Below, piece after piece: positions 43,692-52,053 of a stretch of 64,000 bases of DNA; the stretch's first letter is position 1, and each line of letters starts with the position of its first letter. The stretch spans positions 23,578-87,577 of the forward strand of contig SVTS01000001.1 in assembly GCA_015063645.1 (NCBI GenBank), written 5' to 3'. A program made the position numbers and the translations under genes. Under the pieces are notes generated by a model. That model saw only the letters and a program-made list of their open reading frames with translations. It was not told the origin of the DNA and did not search any database. Source of the DNA: Oscillospiraceae bacterium. GTDB lineage: Bacteria > Bacillota > Clostridia > Oscillospirales > CAG-272.

Positions 43692-44750
43692 ATGCTGAAC
43701 GAACTTATTACGGAACGAAAGCTTCCCGCGCTTCCCTCTTTGCCGGCAGAACGGCAGGAGGTACTGCATCTGCTTGCAGAAAATGAATACGGATTCACGC
43801 CCTCCTTTGAGGGGGAGGTATCCGGCTTTACGGAATCTCACGAAATAACGTACGGCGGAAAAGCGCTGAGCGAGCGGATTCTGCTCAGCTTTCCCACACC
43901 TCACGGTACTTTTTCTTTCCGCGTCCGTGTATTATTGCCTGTCGAAGTAAAACCGGCGCCGGTATTTCTGCACATTTCTTTCCACACGGAGGAAAACAAA
44001 GCAGTAAACGATCACCGGATCGTGGAACACGTTCCGGAAGAGGAAATTCTGGATCACGGGTACGGAATTGTCTCCTTCTGCTATGAAGATGTGACCAGCG
44101 ACAGCGGAAGATGGGACGGATTGGCGCTTGCGTATCCCTCTGGCGGAGACAGCGGATGGGGCAAGATCGGCATGTGGGCTTTTGCGGCAAGCCGGGTTAT
44201 GGATTATCTCCTCACCCGGGAGGATGTGGATTCCACCCGCATTTCCGTCAGCGGATGGTCCCGGCTGGGCAAAACGGCACTCTGGTGCGCCGCGCAGGAT
44301 GAACGTTTCTCCCTCGCCATTTCCACGGAATCCGGATGCAGCGGTGCTGCGCTTCAGCGCGGCAAAGGCGGAGAGACGGTTCGCGACATCACAAGCCGTT
44401 TTCCCTATTGGTTCTGCCGGAAATACGCTTCTTTTGCCGGATGCGAGGACAAGCTTCCCTTTGACCAGCATTATCTGCTGGCGCTGATTGCTCCCCGGAC
44501 AGTTTTTGTCGGTTCGGCGGAAAAGGATCTCTGGGCGGATCCGGTATCGGAATTCCTCTGTGCAAAAGCGGCATCTTCTGCTTTTGAGCAAATAGGAGTT
44601 CCGGGGCTTATCACACCGGATGTACTTCCCTCTGCGGAATGTGATCTGTATGACGGACGCATCGGCTATCTTCTGCGCCGCGGTGAACACTGGCTAATGC
44701 GCCGCGACTGGCTTGCACATATCCGTTTCCGTGATCTGCATCATGTATAA
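43692..44750 (+). CDS. CE15-like (glucuronoyl esterase-like) alpha/beta hydrolase
   Basis: 352 aa. SVSGWSRLGKTALW resembles the CE15 nucleophile motif G-C-S-R-x-G-K, and the C-terminal RRGEHWLMRRDW resembles the CE15 His block. No signal peptide. Confidence 0.5.
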   Translation: MLNELITERKLPALPSLPAERQEVLHLLAENEYGFTPSFEGEVSGFTESHEITYGGKALSERILLSFPTPHGTFSFRVRVLLPVEVKPAPVFLHISFHTEENKAVNDHRIVEHVPEEEILDHGYGIVSFCYEDVTSDSGRWDGLALAYPSGGDSGWGKIGMWAFAASRVMDYLLTREDVDSTRISVSGWSRLGKTALWCAAQDERFSLAISTESGCSGAALQRGKGGETVRDITSRFPYWFCRKYASFAGCEDKLPFDQHYLLALIAPRTVFVGSAEKDLWADPVSEFLCAKAASSAFEQIGVPGLITPDVLPSAECDLYDGRIGYLLRRGEHWLMRRDWLAHIRFRDLHHV

Positions 44751-44844
44751 GTACAATGTCTGTTCTGATGTGACATCCGGTTGGTCTGTCTCCGCGGGAA
44801 ACCTCCGCTCACCGGGACAGTATTACAGATTCTGAACAAGCGAA

Positions 44845-44890
44845 ACACCGGTATATCCGCCTTAGCGGATATACCGGTGTGTTTTTTTTA
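44845..44890. terminator. Strong hairpin terminator between convergent genes
   Basis: Perfect 16-bp stem acaccggtatatccgc-ctta-gcggatataccggtgt followed by G + T8. Confidence 0.7.
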
Positions 44891-44918
44891 TTGGGATATT
44901 GATTAATTTATCTTTGCA

Positions 44919-45536
44919 TTATCCGGGGAACGCGGAAAGCCATGCATCGGCTATAATCTGGTGACCCGCAATGGAGGGATGCACGCCGTCCGGTGTAATC
45001 AGTTCAGGATGCTCTCCTGCTGCCTCTGTCAGACGTTTCTGAAGAGGAATCCAGACAGCATTATATTTTTCAGCCAAACGCGCAGCAATGGCGGCACGCA
45101 GAGCGGTTTCCTTTTCGAACTCCTCCCAGTGAGCGGTTGTTGCCGTTCCGGGGAGAACGAAAGGCTCCATAATCATAAAACGGACATCCGGCAGTATTTC
45201 TTTTGTATCGGAAAGAAGAGTATCATACATACGTTCAAAACGGTCTGCTTCCACACCATTCTGGTGGTTTATATCGTGCCACACATCGTTTACGCCGATA
45301 AGAATACTGATCAGATCCGGATTATAATTCCAGCAGTCCCGTTTGATACGTGCATACAGATCCACGATACGGTTTCCGCTGATGCCCTGGTTTACAAATT
45401 CATACTTTCCCGGATTGTCTGCGGCAAGACGGGCTGCTGTCAGCATAACATAGCTTTGACCGATTGCAAGCATGCTTCCGGCACTGGTATTCTTTCCGCA
45501 ATCAGTAATGGAATCGCCAAGATACAGAATTTTCAT
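44919..45536 (-). CDS. SGNH/GDSL family hydrolase (esterase)
   Basis: 205 aa. KILYLGDSITDCG (block I), GISGN, GVNDVWH, and DGVHPS (block V). Confidence 0.8.
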   Translation of the reverse strand: MKILYLGDSITDCGKNTSAGSMLAIGQSYVMLTAARLAADNPGKYEFVNQGISGNRIVDLYARIKRDCWNYNPDLISILIGVNDVWHDINHQNGVEADRFERMYDTLLSDTKEILPDVRFMIMEPFVLPGTATTAHWEEFEKETALRAAIAARLAEKYNAVWIPLQKRLTEAAGEHPELITPDGVHPSIAGHQIIADAWLSAFPG

Positions 45537-45599
45537 ATATATTCACCTTTACTGTTATTCTGCCGCCTGACGGCGGGCTTGCTCAATGGTACGTGCCGA

Positions 45600-46262
45600 T
45601 CAGATGGAATACATCAGGAATGCGGCGATCTTATCCGCAAGGATGGAATGACCGGCATTATTGGGATGGAGTCCATCGTTCATGTACTTTTCCTTGATAA
45701 TCGGCACGGCAGGCTGGAGACCGCTGGTTGCATACAGATCCAGAAGCGGCAGACCGTAGTATTCTGCTGTCTGACGGATCAGATTTACGTAATCCTTAAA
45801 CACAGCGGTACCGTCCGGCTTTCTGCCAGCCACGGTAGGATCGTCTTCCGCTCTGCGGTGGAGAGGCGTTGCAACAACAATCTTTGCTGACGGGTATTTT
45901 TCGATAAGTTTCAGGCAGAGAACGTGAAGAGAACCTGCAAAGGTATCCGCTGTTCTGTCGGAGAATTCGCCAAGCGGTGCATCACCGTGACCGAAGTCAT
46001 TGGTGCCGCCGAACACAACGACGATATCGGCATCCGGATCCATTTCATCCACACGGCCGATGAAATCTCTGTCCCAGCGGGGTTCTTTGGAAGGTTCTTT
46101 CTGGGGGGCGATTCTGGTACCGCCGATGCCGTAGTTGCGGCAGACCGCGCCGTAGCGGCTTGCAATCAGTCCGACAAAACCGAGCACATCGCGATCTGTT
46201 GCGGCATAGCCCTGCGTGATACTGTCACCGAGAAAATTGATTTTCAGTCCTTTGAGTTCCAT
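45600..46262 (-). CDS. SGNH/GDSL family hydrolase (esterase)
   Basis: 220 aa. INFLGDSITQGY, GIGGT, FGGTNDFGH, and NDGLHPN blocks. Confidence 0.8.
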   Translation of the reverse strand: MELKGLKINFLGDSITQGYAATDRDVLGFVGLIASRYGAVCRNYGIGGTRIAPQKEPSKEPRWDRDFIGRVDEMDPDADIVVVFGGTNDFGHGDAPLGEFSDRTADTFAGSLHVLCLKLIEKYPSAKIVVATPLHRRAEDDPTVAGRKPDGTAVFKDYVNLIRQTAEYYGLPLLDLYATSGLQPAVPIIKEKYMNDGLHPNNAGHSILADKIAAFLMYSI

Positions 46263-46294
46263 GATAATTTATCCTTTCTAAAACAGCTGTTTTT

Positions 46295-47905
46295 TTACTG
46301 CATCCAGCTGAGCTGGGAACGGGATCCGTCATAGACGGCTGTCCAATCGAATTCACGGCGTTCACCGTTTCCTTCAAAAATCTCCGGCAGGGAGGTTTTC
46401 TCAAAGTTAACAATGCCGTAATGCTTCTCGTTCTGATCGGCGATCTGATAAATCTGCCGGATACGTTTCATCTGTTCCGGTGTCAGAATACCGGGAGTTA
46501 CGGACGCAAGTGTTGTCACACCGGTAATGGCGCACATTTCAAGGAAGTCCAGATTAGCTTCGGGGGATACTTTTTCCGTGAATGCGGCGCAGTCGGGGTC
46601 GATCATGAAGAAATTACCGTTCTGCGGCAGGCGCATCATGGCGTTTACGCCGTTACGTACTGTATGCTCATAGCTTCGTCCGCTGGTATCACCGCCTACG
46701 CGCTGCATGGAGTGGATTCCGGCAGAAAGATGACCGATAACATTACACCCGATGATATCTGTATCGCCCGCGCCTGTCTGGATGGCTTTATACAGATTTT
46801 TGATGATCGTTGCCATGGTTTTTGTCTTGTCATAAAACTTCCGACCGCCGCCCATGAGATTGACGCCATGGGTTGATGCCAGAACGGAAGACTCAAAAAG
46901 GTCATGGGATGTAAAGTCATGCTTGATCAGTTCATATCCCCAGCCGCTGATGCGCGCGGCATCTGTCTGCACGCGTTCCAGTGTATACGGATGGGAGGGA
47001 TCCATGATCTGACCGCCGGCGTTCAGCCACAAGCGTGCTTCATCGGGAATTCTGCCAAGAGTCAGAAGCGGACGGAACCAGATACCTGCTTTTGCCCCTT
47101 TTTCGTGAATGGAAGCTGCTGTCTTTTCCATATCGCCGAAATGCTCGCCTGCATACCAGGGACCTCCGATATATGCGGGACTGCTGGTGGTGCGGTTAAA
47201 CTGCCAGCCATCATCGATGATCATATACGGACGGTTCTTTGTGTCTCCGACCATCTCCATAAGATAATCTGTTTCCACCATAACACTGTCATGGGTAATT
47301 CTTCCGTATGCCCAGTACCAGTTATTCACGCCGTACACGGGCGCCTTGGGCAGAACAGGATGCTCACACATTACGCCGGCAAAAGCGGCGGCAGCTTCAT
47401 ACGGTGTCTCACCTTCCGGGGCAATCCGCTCCACCACTTCGCATGCAACCAACCCGGACTGCAGATCCGTGCCGGAGTTTCCGTTCATCAGATTCAGAAA
47501 CAGTGTCAGTCCGTGGGTATCTGCCTGCCAGAATGCAAAACAGTCTGCGCCGGTTTTAACGCCGTAGCAGCCAAGCTGCTGTCCGCTTCTCAGATAGCAG
47601 AACCAGGGCAGACGGCGATGATTCATCATGGAACGCCATTCGATCGGACCGCCGGAACCGCATCTTTCCCATTCGTCGCCGCAAACGGCTTCCACGAAGG
47701 AAAGATCCGCCCGGAAACGGAGTTTCAGAAATTTCACCGGTGCGCCGGAGGGATACACGATCACTTTGGCGGAGTTCTTTTCCACACGGTACTCATACTG
47801 CACAGGGCATTCAGCCTGCAGATCTTCCTCAAAACGGTACGGGCTTTCATCCGTTGCGCCCATAACGCGATCCGGCTGTCTCAGCACGGTAGGAAACATT
47901 GCCAT
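46295..47905 (-). CDS. Clan GH-D (alpha-galactosidase/melibiase-like) glycosidase, cytoplasmic
   Basis: 536 aa. YMIIDDGWQ, GIWFRPL and YELIKHDF blocks parallel the GH27/GH36 catalytic barrel blocks. No signal peptide. Confidence 0.5.
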   Translation of the reverse strand: MAMFPTVLRQPDRVMGATDESPYRFEEDLQAECPVQYEYRVEKNSAKVIVYPSGAPVKFLKLRFRADLSFVEAVCGDEWERCGSGGPIEWRSMMNHRRLPWFCYLRSGQQLGCYGVKTGADCFAFWQADTHGLTLFLNLMNGNSGTDLQSGLVACEVVERIAPEGETPYEAAAAFAGVMCEHPVLPKAPVYGVNNWYWAYGRITHDSVMVETDYLMEMVGDTKNRPYMIIDDGWQFNRTTSSPAYIGGPWYAGEHFGDMEKTAASIHEKGAKAGIWFRPLLTLGRIPDEARLWLNAGGQIMDPSHPYTLERVQTDAARISGWGYELIKHDFTSHDLFESSVLASTHGVNLMGGGRKFYDKTKTMATIIKNLYKAIQTGAGDTDIIGCNVIGHLSAGIHSMQRVGGDTSGRSYEHTVRNGVNAMMRLPQNGNFFMIDPDCAAFTEKVSPEANLDFLEMCAITGVTTLASVTPGILTPEQMKRIRQIYQIADQNEKHYGIVNFEKTSLPEIFEGNGERREFDWTAVYDGSRSQLSWMQ

Positions 47906-48007
47906 AACTAATCTCCTTATATTTGGAATATTCCTCTGCTTTGTACATTATATCACAGCTTTTCCAGCTTGTAAATATAAATATTTTATTTTCTTTTCCC
48001 TAAGGAC

Positions 48008-48036
48008 TTGACACCATCTCGACCCTGATTTATAAT
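48008..48036 (+). promoter_or_regulatory. Consensus sigma-70 promoter (TTGACA-17-TATAAT)
   Basis: TTGACA at 48008..48013 and TATAAT at 48031..48036. GGAGG RBS at 48057..48061 ahead of ATG 48069. Confidence 0.55.
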
Positions 48037-48068
48037 GAATTCAGTCAAAAAATGTTGGAGGAATCGCT

Positions 48069-48926
48069 ATGGAACTGTCTGTCAATGCCAAATACCTGAT
48101 GAAATCCCTGCCCCAGGACGAGAAGCGCACGCACTACGAATGCATGAAAATCTTTGCTGATGCAGGCTTCCGTTATCTGGATTATACACCGAACACCGCC
48201 GGAGAGGACTGGGAAGCCCAGACTGATGCGGTCATGGATGCGGCAGCGCGCTGCGGCATGACGCTGGAGCAATCACATGCCCCGTACAACCGGTACACCA
48301 AGCGTCCCATTGAGGAGTATTCGAAACATATCAGCCGTGCGCTGCAGGCTGCCGCGAAGATGGGCAACAAACAGATCGCGGTGCATGCGGACGACTACAA
48401 CATGGAACCGGATGGCTCCTACAATGCGGAGCACGCCATGGCACAGATGTATGAATTCTGGGCACCGTTTGCGGAGCAGGCTGCATCCCTCGGTGTAAAT
48501 CTCGCCATGGAAACCGTATTTGAAGACCGCAACGGTGTGCCGAAATCCCGTTTCACTTCCCGCATTGAAGAGTTGATGGGGATCATTGACCGCTTCCATT
48601 CTTCGCACGTTGTCTGCTGCTGGGATTCCGGTCACGCTTATCTTGCATTCAAAAACGGCATGCTGGATGCAATGAAGACGCTGGGCAGCCGTATTACCTG
48701 CACGCACATTCACGACAATTATTACGGTAAAGATCTGCATCTGATGCCGTATGAAGGAGAGATTGACTGGACAGCGCACATGCGCACGATGAAGGAGATC
48801 GGATACAAGGGCAATCTGACCTATGAATTTGTCTACGGATGCCGTCCTGCCTGTCTGATTGAGGATTTTGCCGCTATGGCGTACAAGACCGGCATGTATC
48901 TGAAGAACATTTTTGACGAGGAATGA
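48069..48926 (+). CDS. Sugar phosphate isomerase/epimerase (xylose-isomerase-like TIM barrel)
   Basis: 285 aa. Metal-site blocks typical of the family are present: SHAPY, IAVHADD, LAMETVFE, WDSGHAY, THIHDN, LTYEF. Confidence 0.8.
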   Translation: MELSVNAKYLMKSLPQDEKRTHYECMKIFADAGFRYLDYTPNTAGEDWEAQTDAVMDAAARCGMTLEQSHAPYNRYTKRPIEEYSKHISRALQAAAKMGNKQIAVHADDYNMEPDGSYNAEHAMAQMYEFWAPFAEQAASLGVNLAMETVFEDRNGVPKSRFTSRIEELMGIIDRFHSSHVVCCWDSGHAYLAFKNGMLDAMKTLGSRITCTHIHDNYYGKDLHLMPYEGEIDWTAHMRTMKEIGYKGNLTYEFVYGCRPACLIEDFAAMAYKTGMYLKNIFDEE

Positions 48927-48928
48927 AA

Positions 48929-48952
48929 GAGAGCCGTCCGCAGGACGGCTCT
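48929..48952. terminator. Hairpin terminator between convergent genes
   Basis: gagagccgtcc-gca-ggacggctct stem directly after the stop codon. Confidence 0.5.
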
Positions 48953-48957
48953 TCTCA

Positions 48958-50226
48958 TTATTTCCGATAGCTTGCGGGATTCTTTTCGAAGCGGTAAACA
49001 CCGTGGCAGTCAGCGGCTGCGGAACCTACGGACAGCCACCAAACACGTGTTTTCTTACTCAGATCGATCGTGCAGGAAGCAACGGACATATCTTCGGCTG
49101 TATCAGCAAGAACGATACCGTTGGGATCGATAATACGTGCGGGTTTCCAGCCTTCCCAGGGATACTTTTCATAGGTGGAACTGGAATTATTGCCGGCAAC
49201 GGCTACATAGACACCGCCGAAAATAGCATGAGCAGTAGACTTTTCGCGGGCATCACCTGCGGTGGGAACAAAGATGATCTCAGCACCCTTGCTGATCAGA
49301 TCCATTGCCGGCTCGGGGAAGTACTGGTCGAAGCAGGTCAGCGTACCGATGCGGCCGAAATCCAGATCAAATACGGGATGCTCATGTCCGGGCGTCAGAC
49401 CGTGCTCTATCTCTCCGACGGTCAAATGAGTCTTATGATACGTGCCGATCACGCTGCCGGTGCGGTCGATGATAGCGGAACTGTTATAGTACTCCGTGTC
49501 TTTTCTCTCCACGAAGTTATAGATGATATTTGTATGATGCTCGACAGCCTTGGCGCGTACCTGCATAATGATAGGACCGTCAACGGTTTCGGCACGTTCC
49601 GGATACTTCATAGGCAGACCGCGACCATACATGGATTCACTGAGAACAACGACATCGGGTTTGCACTCCGCACATTTATCGATAATTTCCAGAATACGTT
49701 CCACGTGCGCTTCTTTGGAATCTGCACGGGGGCGGAAATAACCGATGGCAATTGTTACGGGACGGGCTGCCGGTGCTTCACCGGGAGTAAGAACGGGGGC
49801 ATCCCACACAACATCGGCGATATAGCCTTTCAGGTACAGCTCAACTCTGAGTTTTACACCCTCTTCAGCCACGTCAACCTTATCGGTAAAGAGGTATCCG
49901 TCCTCTGTTTTTTCCGCATAGCGGGCATGATCACGGATGATCATATTACCGTTTTCTTTATAAACGGTATAGAGCACCCACAGATCCGTCTCCTCCTGTG
50001 CCGAATGGCACTTTACGGAGAAATCGTACCAGCCGGGTTTAATATCAATGACCGTCTCCCATTTACCGACAGCATACACATCAGGATTATTTACGCTGAT
50101 GGACAGAGTACCGTTCTCTTCACTTGCGGAAAATTCGGCATACTGCTTGAAGGAAGGAGTGTCGGTCGTCCAGGCAGAGGAACCGGGTGCCGGGAAAAGG
50201 TTCTTGGAATTACAGCAACAAGACAT
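48958..50226 (-). CDS. Carbon-nitrogen hydrolase (nitrilase superfamily) with about 150-aa N-terminal extra domain, paralog A
   Basis: 422 aa. Glu/Lys/Cys triad contexts VVVLSESMY, YHKTHLTVGE and GTLTCFDQYFPE. The N-terminal region (GWYDFSVKCH...) is not part of the canonical fold. Confidence 0.75.
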   Translation of the reverse strand: MSCCCNSKNLFPAPGSSAWTTDTPSFKQYAEFSASEENGTLSISVNNPDVYAVGKWETVIDIKPGWYDFSVKCHSAQEETDLWVLYTVYKENGNMIIRDHARYAEKTEDGYLFTDKVDVAEEGVKLRVELYLKGYIADVVWDAPVLTPGEAPAARPVTIAIGYFRPRADSKEAHVERILEIIDKCAECKPDVVVLSESMYGRGLPMKYPERAETVDGPIIMQVRAKAVEHHTNIIYNFVERKDTEYYNSSAIIDRTGSVIGTYHKTHLTVGEIEHGLTPGHEHPVFDLDFGRIGTLTCFDQYFPEPAMDLISKGAEIIFVPTAGDAREKSTAHAIFGGVYVAVAGNNSSSTYEKYPWEGWKPARIIDPNGIVLADTAEDMSVASCTIDLSKKTRVWWLSVGSAAADCHGVYRFEKNPASYRK

Positions 50227-50261
50227 ACAGGTGCACCTGCTTTCATAAAATTGTTGGTTCC

Positions 50262-50290
50262 ATTATACATGACGCGCAAATATTTGTCAA
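50262..50290 (-). promoter_or_regulatory. Consensus sigma-70 promoter (TTGACA-17-TATAAT) for C-N hydrolase paralog A
   Basis: On the minus strand, -35 is at 50285..50290 and -10 at 50262..50267. It lies just outside the foldback element. Confidence 0.5.
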
Positions 50291-50337
50291 CACCGATAAT
50301 TGATTTCCTTGAACCTCTTTTTGACCTCTGTGATACA

Positions 50338-50758
50338 AAAAAGCACCGCATTATGATAATCAATGTCATTAACTTAAGGATGTAGATACATCAAAATAAA
50401 CAAATTCAGCTTTTTCCGCGGCGAATGCCGCGGGCAGGGGAAAGGACCATCTCAGGCGCCGAAGTTCCTTTCCCCTGCACCCCAATCTCCTTGGCTTGAT
50501 AGCCGATTTAGGACAACATGCATAAATTTTCGCCCGAAACTTCACCATAGGTGAAGTTTCGGGCGTATTTTTGTTGAAGATATCCATAGGATTCGGCAGA
50601 GGCAAGGAGACAGGGGTGGCGGGGGAGGAAACTTCGCCGTGTGAGATGGTTCCTCCCCCGCCTCGCCGCGTTAGCGGCGAAAAAAGCTGCACTTGTGCAT
50701 ATTGTATACAGTATGTGCTTAAGTTAATGACATTGATTATGATAATGCGGTGCTTTTT
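50338..50758. repeat. 421-bp foldback (MITE-like) element: 41-bp terminal inverted repeats, imperfect palindrome throughout, perfect central hairpin
   Basis: 50338..50378 is the reverse complement of 50718..50758 with 1 mismatch. The inner arms are also recognisably reverse-complementary. The central 16-bp stem at 50531..50565 is centred at 50548, which is the exact midpoint of the element. Confidence 0.65.
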
Positions 50759-50762
50759 GGGA

Positions 50763-51992
50763 TCAGTAGCTTTTCGGATTCTTTTCGAAACGGTAGACGG
50801 AACGTGCTTCAGTCATATTGGCACCTGTGGAGAGCCAATGGCGGCGTACCTTTCTTGAAAGATCGATCACGGCAAACACAACTGCTTCGTCCTCACCGCT
50901 TTGTGCAAGGATTTCTCCGTCAGGCGCGATGATACGGGACGGTGCCCAGCCGTACGGATTCTCCATATTCATACCGCCGACGCAGAAATAGAATCCGCCG
51001 TCCAGTGCGCGGGCGTGACATTTCTCTCTCGCGTCTCCGGCTGTAGGGATAAAGACGATCTCGGCTCCTTTCTTTGCAAGTTCATTTGCCGGTTCCGGGA
51101 AATACTGATCGTAACAGGTCAGAAGTCCGATTCGACCGAAATCCACGTCAAACACGGGATGCTCCCTGCCGGGTGTCATGCCCATTTCAAGTTCGGCCAC
51201 AGTCAGATGTGTTTTGAAATATCTGCCGGCAATTTTCCCTTCGCGGTCAATCAGCAGAGACGAATTATAGATCTCGCCCTCATATTTTTCGTGGAAGTTG
51301 TAGATCAGGTAGCTGTGATACTGCGCCGCTTTTTCGCACATAGCACGGATCATCACGCCGTCTTCTGCAGATTCCGCCTTTTCATGCAGAGGCAAATCGA
51401 CACCGCGTTCATACATGCCTTCGCTCATGAGGATTACATCGGGGTTATATGCACCGCATTTATCCACAATCCGGGTATACACTTCCCTGTTGGATTCCAG
51501 CGTAGCGGCACGGGGTTTCATATAACCGATTGCCACACGCACCTCTCGGGGCGCGGGTACTACGGCAGGTGTGATCACGGGAAGCTCCCAGATGACCTGA
51601 CCGGTATAGCCTTTAAACCACAATTCGGTTTTGCATTTGTGTGCATTTTCCGGCACTTCGATGCGGTCGGTAAAGCGCCAACCGTCCGGTGTTCTCTCCT
51701 CATGCTCCGCGTGATCCCGGATATCGGTTCTGTTGGAATCGGTGTAAATATCGTGGAGTACATATACGTCATGCATATCCGCATCTGTATGGCAGACGAC
51801 GGAGAAATCGTACCAGCCGGGAGCAAGCGTATATTCTGCTTCCCAACGACCTACGCCGTAATGGATGGGATCACTGACAGTAATGGAAAACGTACCGGCA
51901 GCGGAATCAAGAGTTCCGACGGCATAGTTTCTGCATTCAGGTGTAACAAAGCGCCATGCGCCGCTGTCTGCGGCAGGGATCAAATTTTTCAT
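50763..51992 (-). CDS. Carbon-nitrogen hydrolase (nitrilase superfamily) with N-terminal extra domain, paralog B
   Basis: 409 aa, colinear with paralog A. Triad contexts VILMSEGMY, YFKTHLTVAE and GLLTCYDQYFPE. N-terminal GWYDFSVVCH. Confidence 0.75.
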   Translation of the reverse strand: MKNLIPAADSGAWRFVTPECRNYAVGTLDSAAGTFSITVSDPIHYGVGRWEAEYTLAPGWYDFSVVCHTDADMHDVYVLHDIYTDSNRTDIRDHAEHEERTPDGWRFTDRIEVPENAHKCKTELWFKGYTGQVIWELPVITPAVVPAPREVRVAIGYMKPRAATLESNREVYTRIVDKCGAYNPDVILMSEGMYERGVDLPLHEKAESAEDGVMIRAMCEKAAQYHSYLIYNFHEKYEGEIYNSSLLIDREGKIAGRYFKTHLTVAELEMGMTPGREHPVFDVDFGRIGLLTCYDQYFPEPANELAKKGAEIVFIPTAGDAREKCHARALDGGFYFCVGGMNMENPYGWAPSRIIAPDGEILAQSGEDEAVVFAVIDLSRKVRRHWLSTGANMTEARSVYRFEKNPKSY

Positions 51993-52053
51993 AGTTCTTT
52001 CCTCTTTTTATGAAAACCGGAGGATTTCAATAGTTGGAATCCTCCGGTTATTT

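Noticed and set aside
50091-50858. Small ORFs inside or across the foldback element (50091..50369 -, 50369..50692 -, 50571..50858 +).
   Set aside because: Their similarity (for example MTLIIIMRCF and MTLIMIMRCF) is a by-product of the inverted repeat. They have no RBS, and the sequence is better explained as palindromic non-coding DNA.
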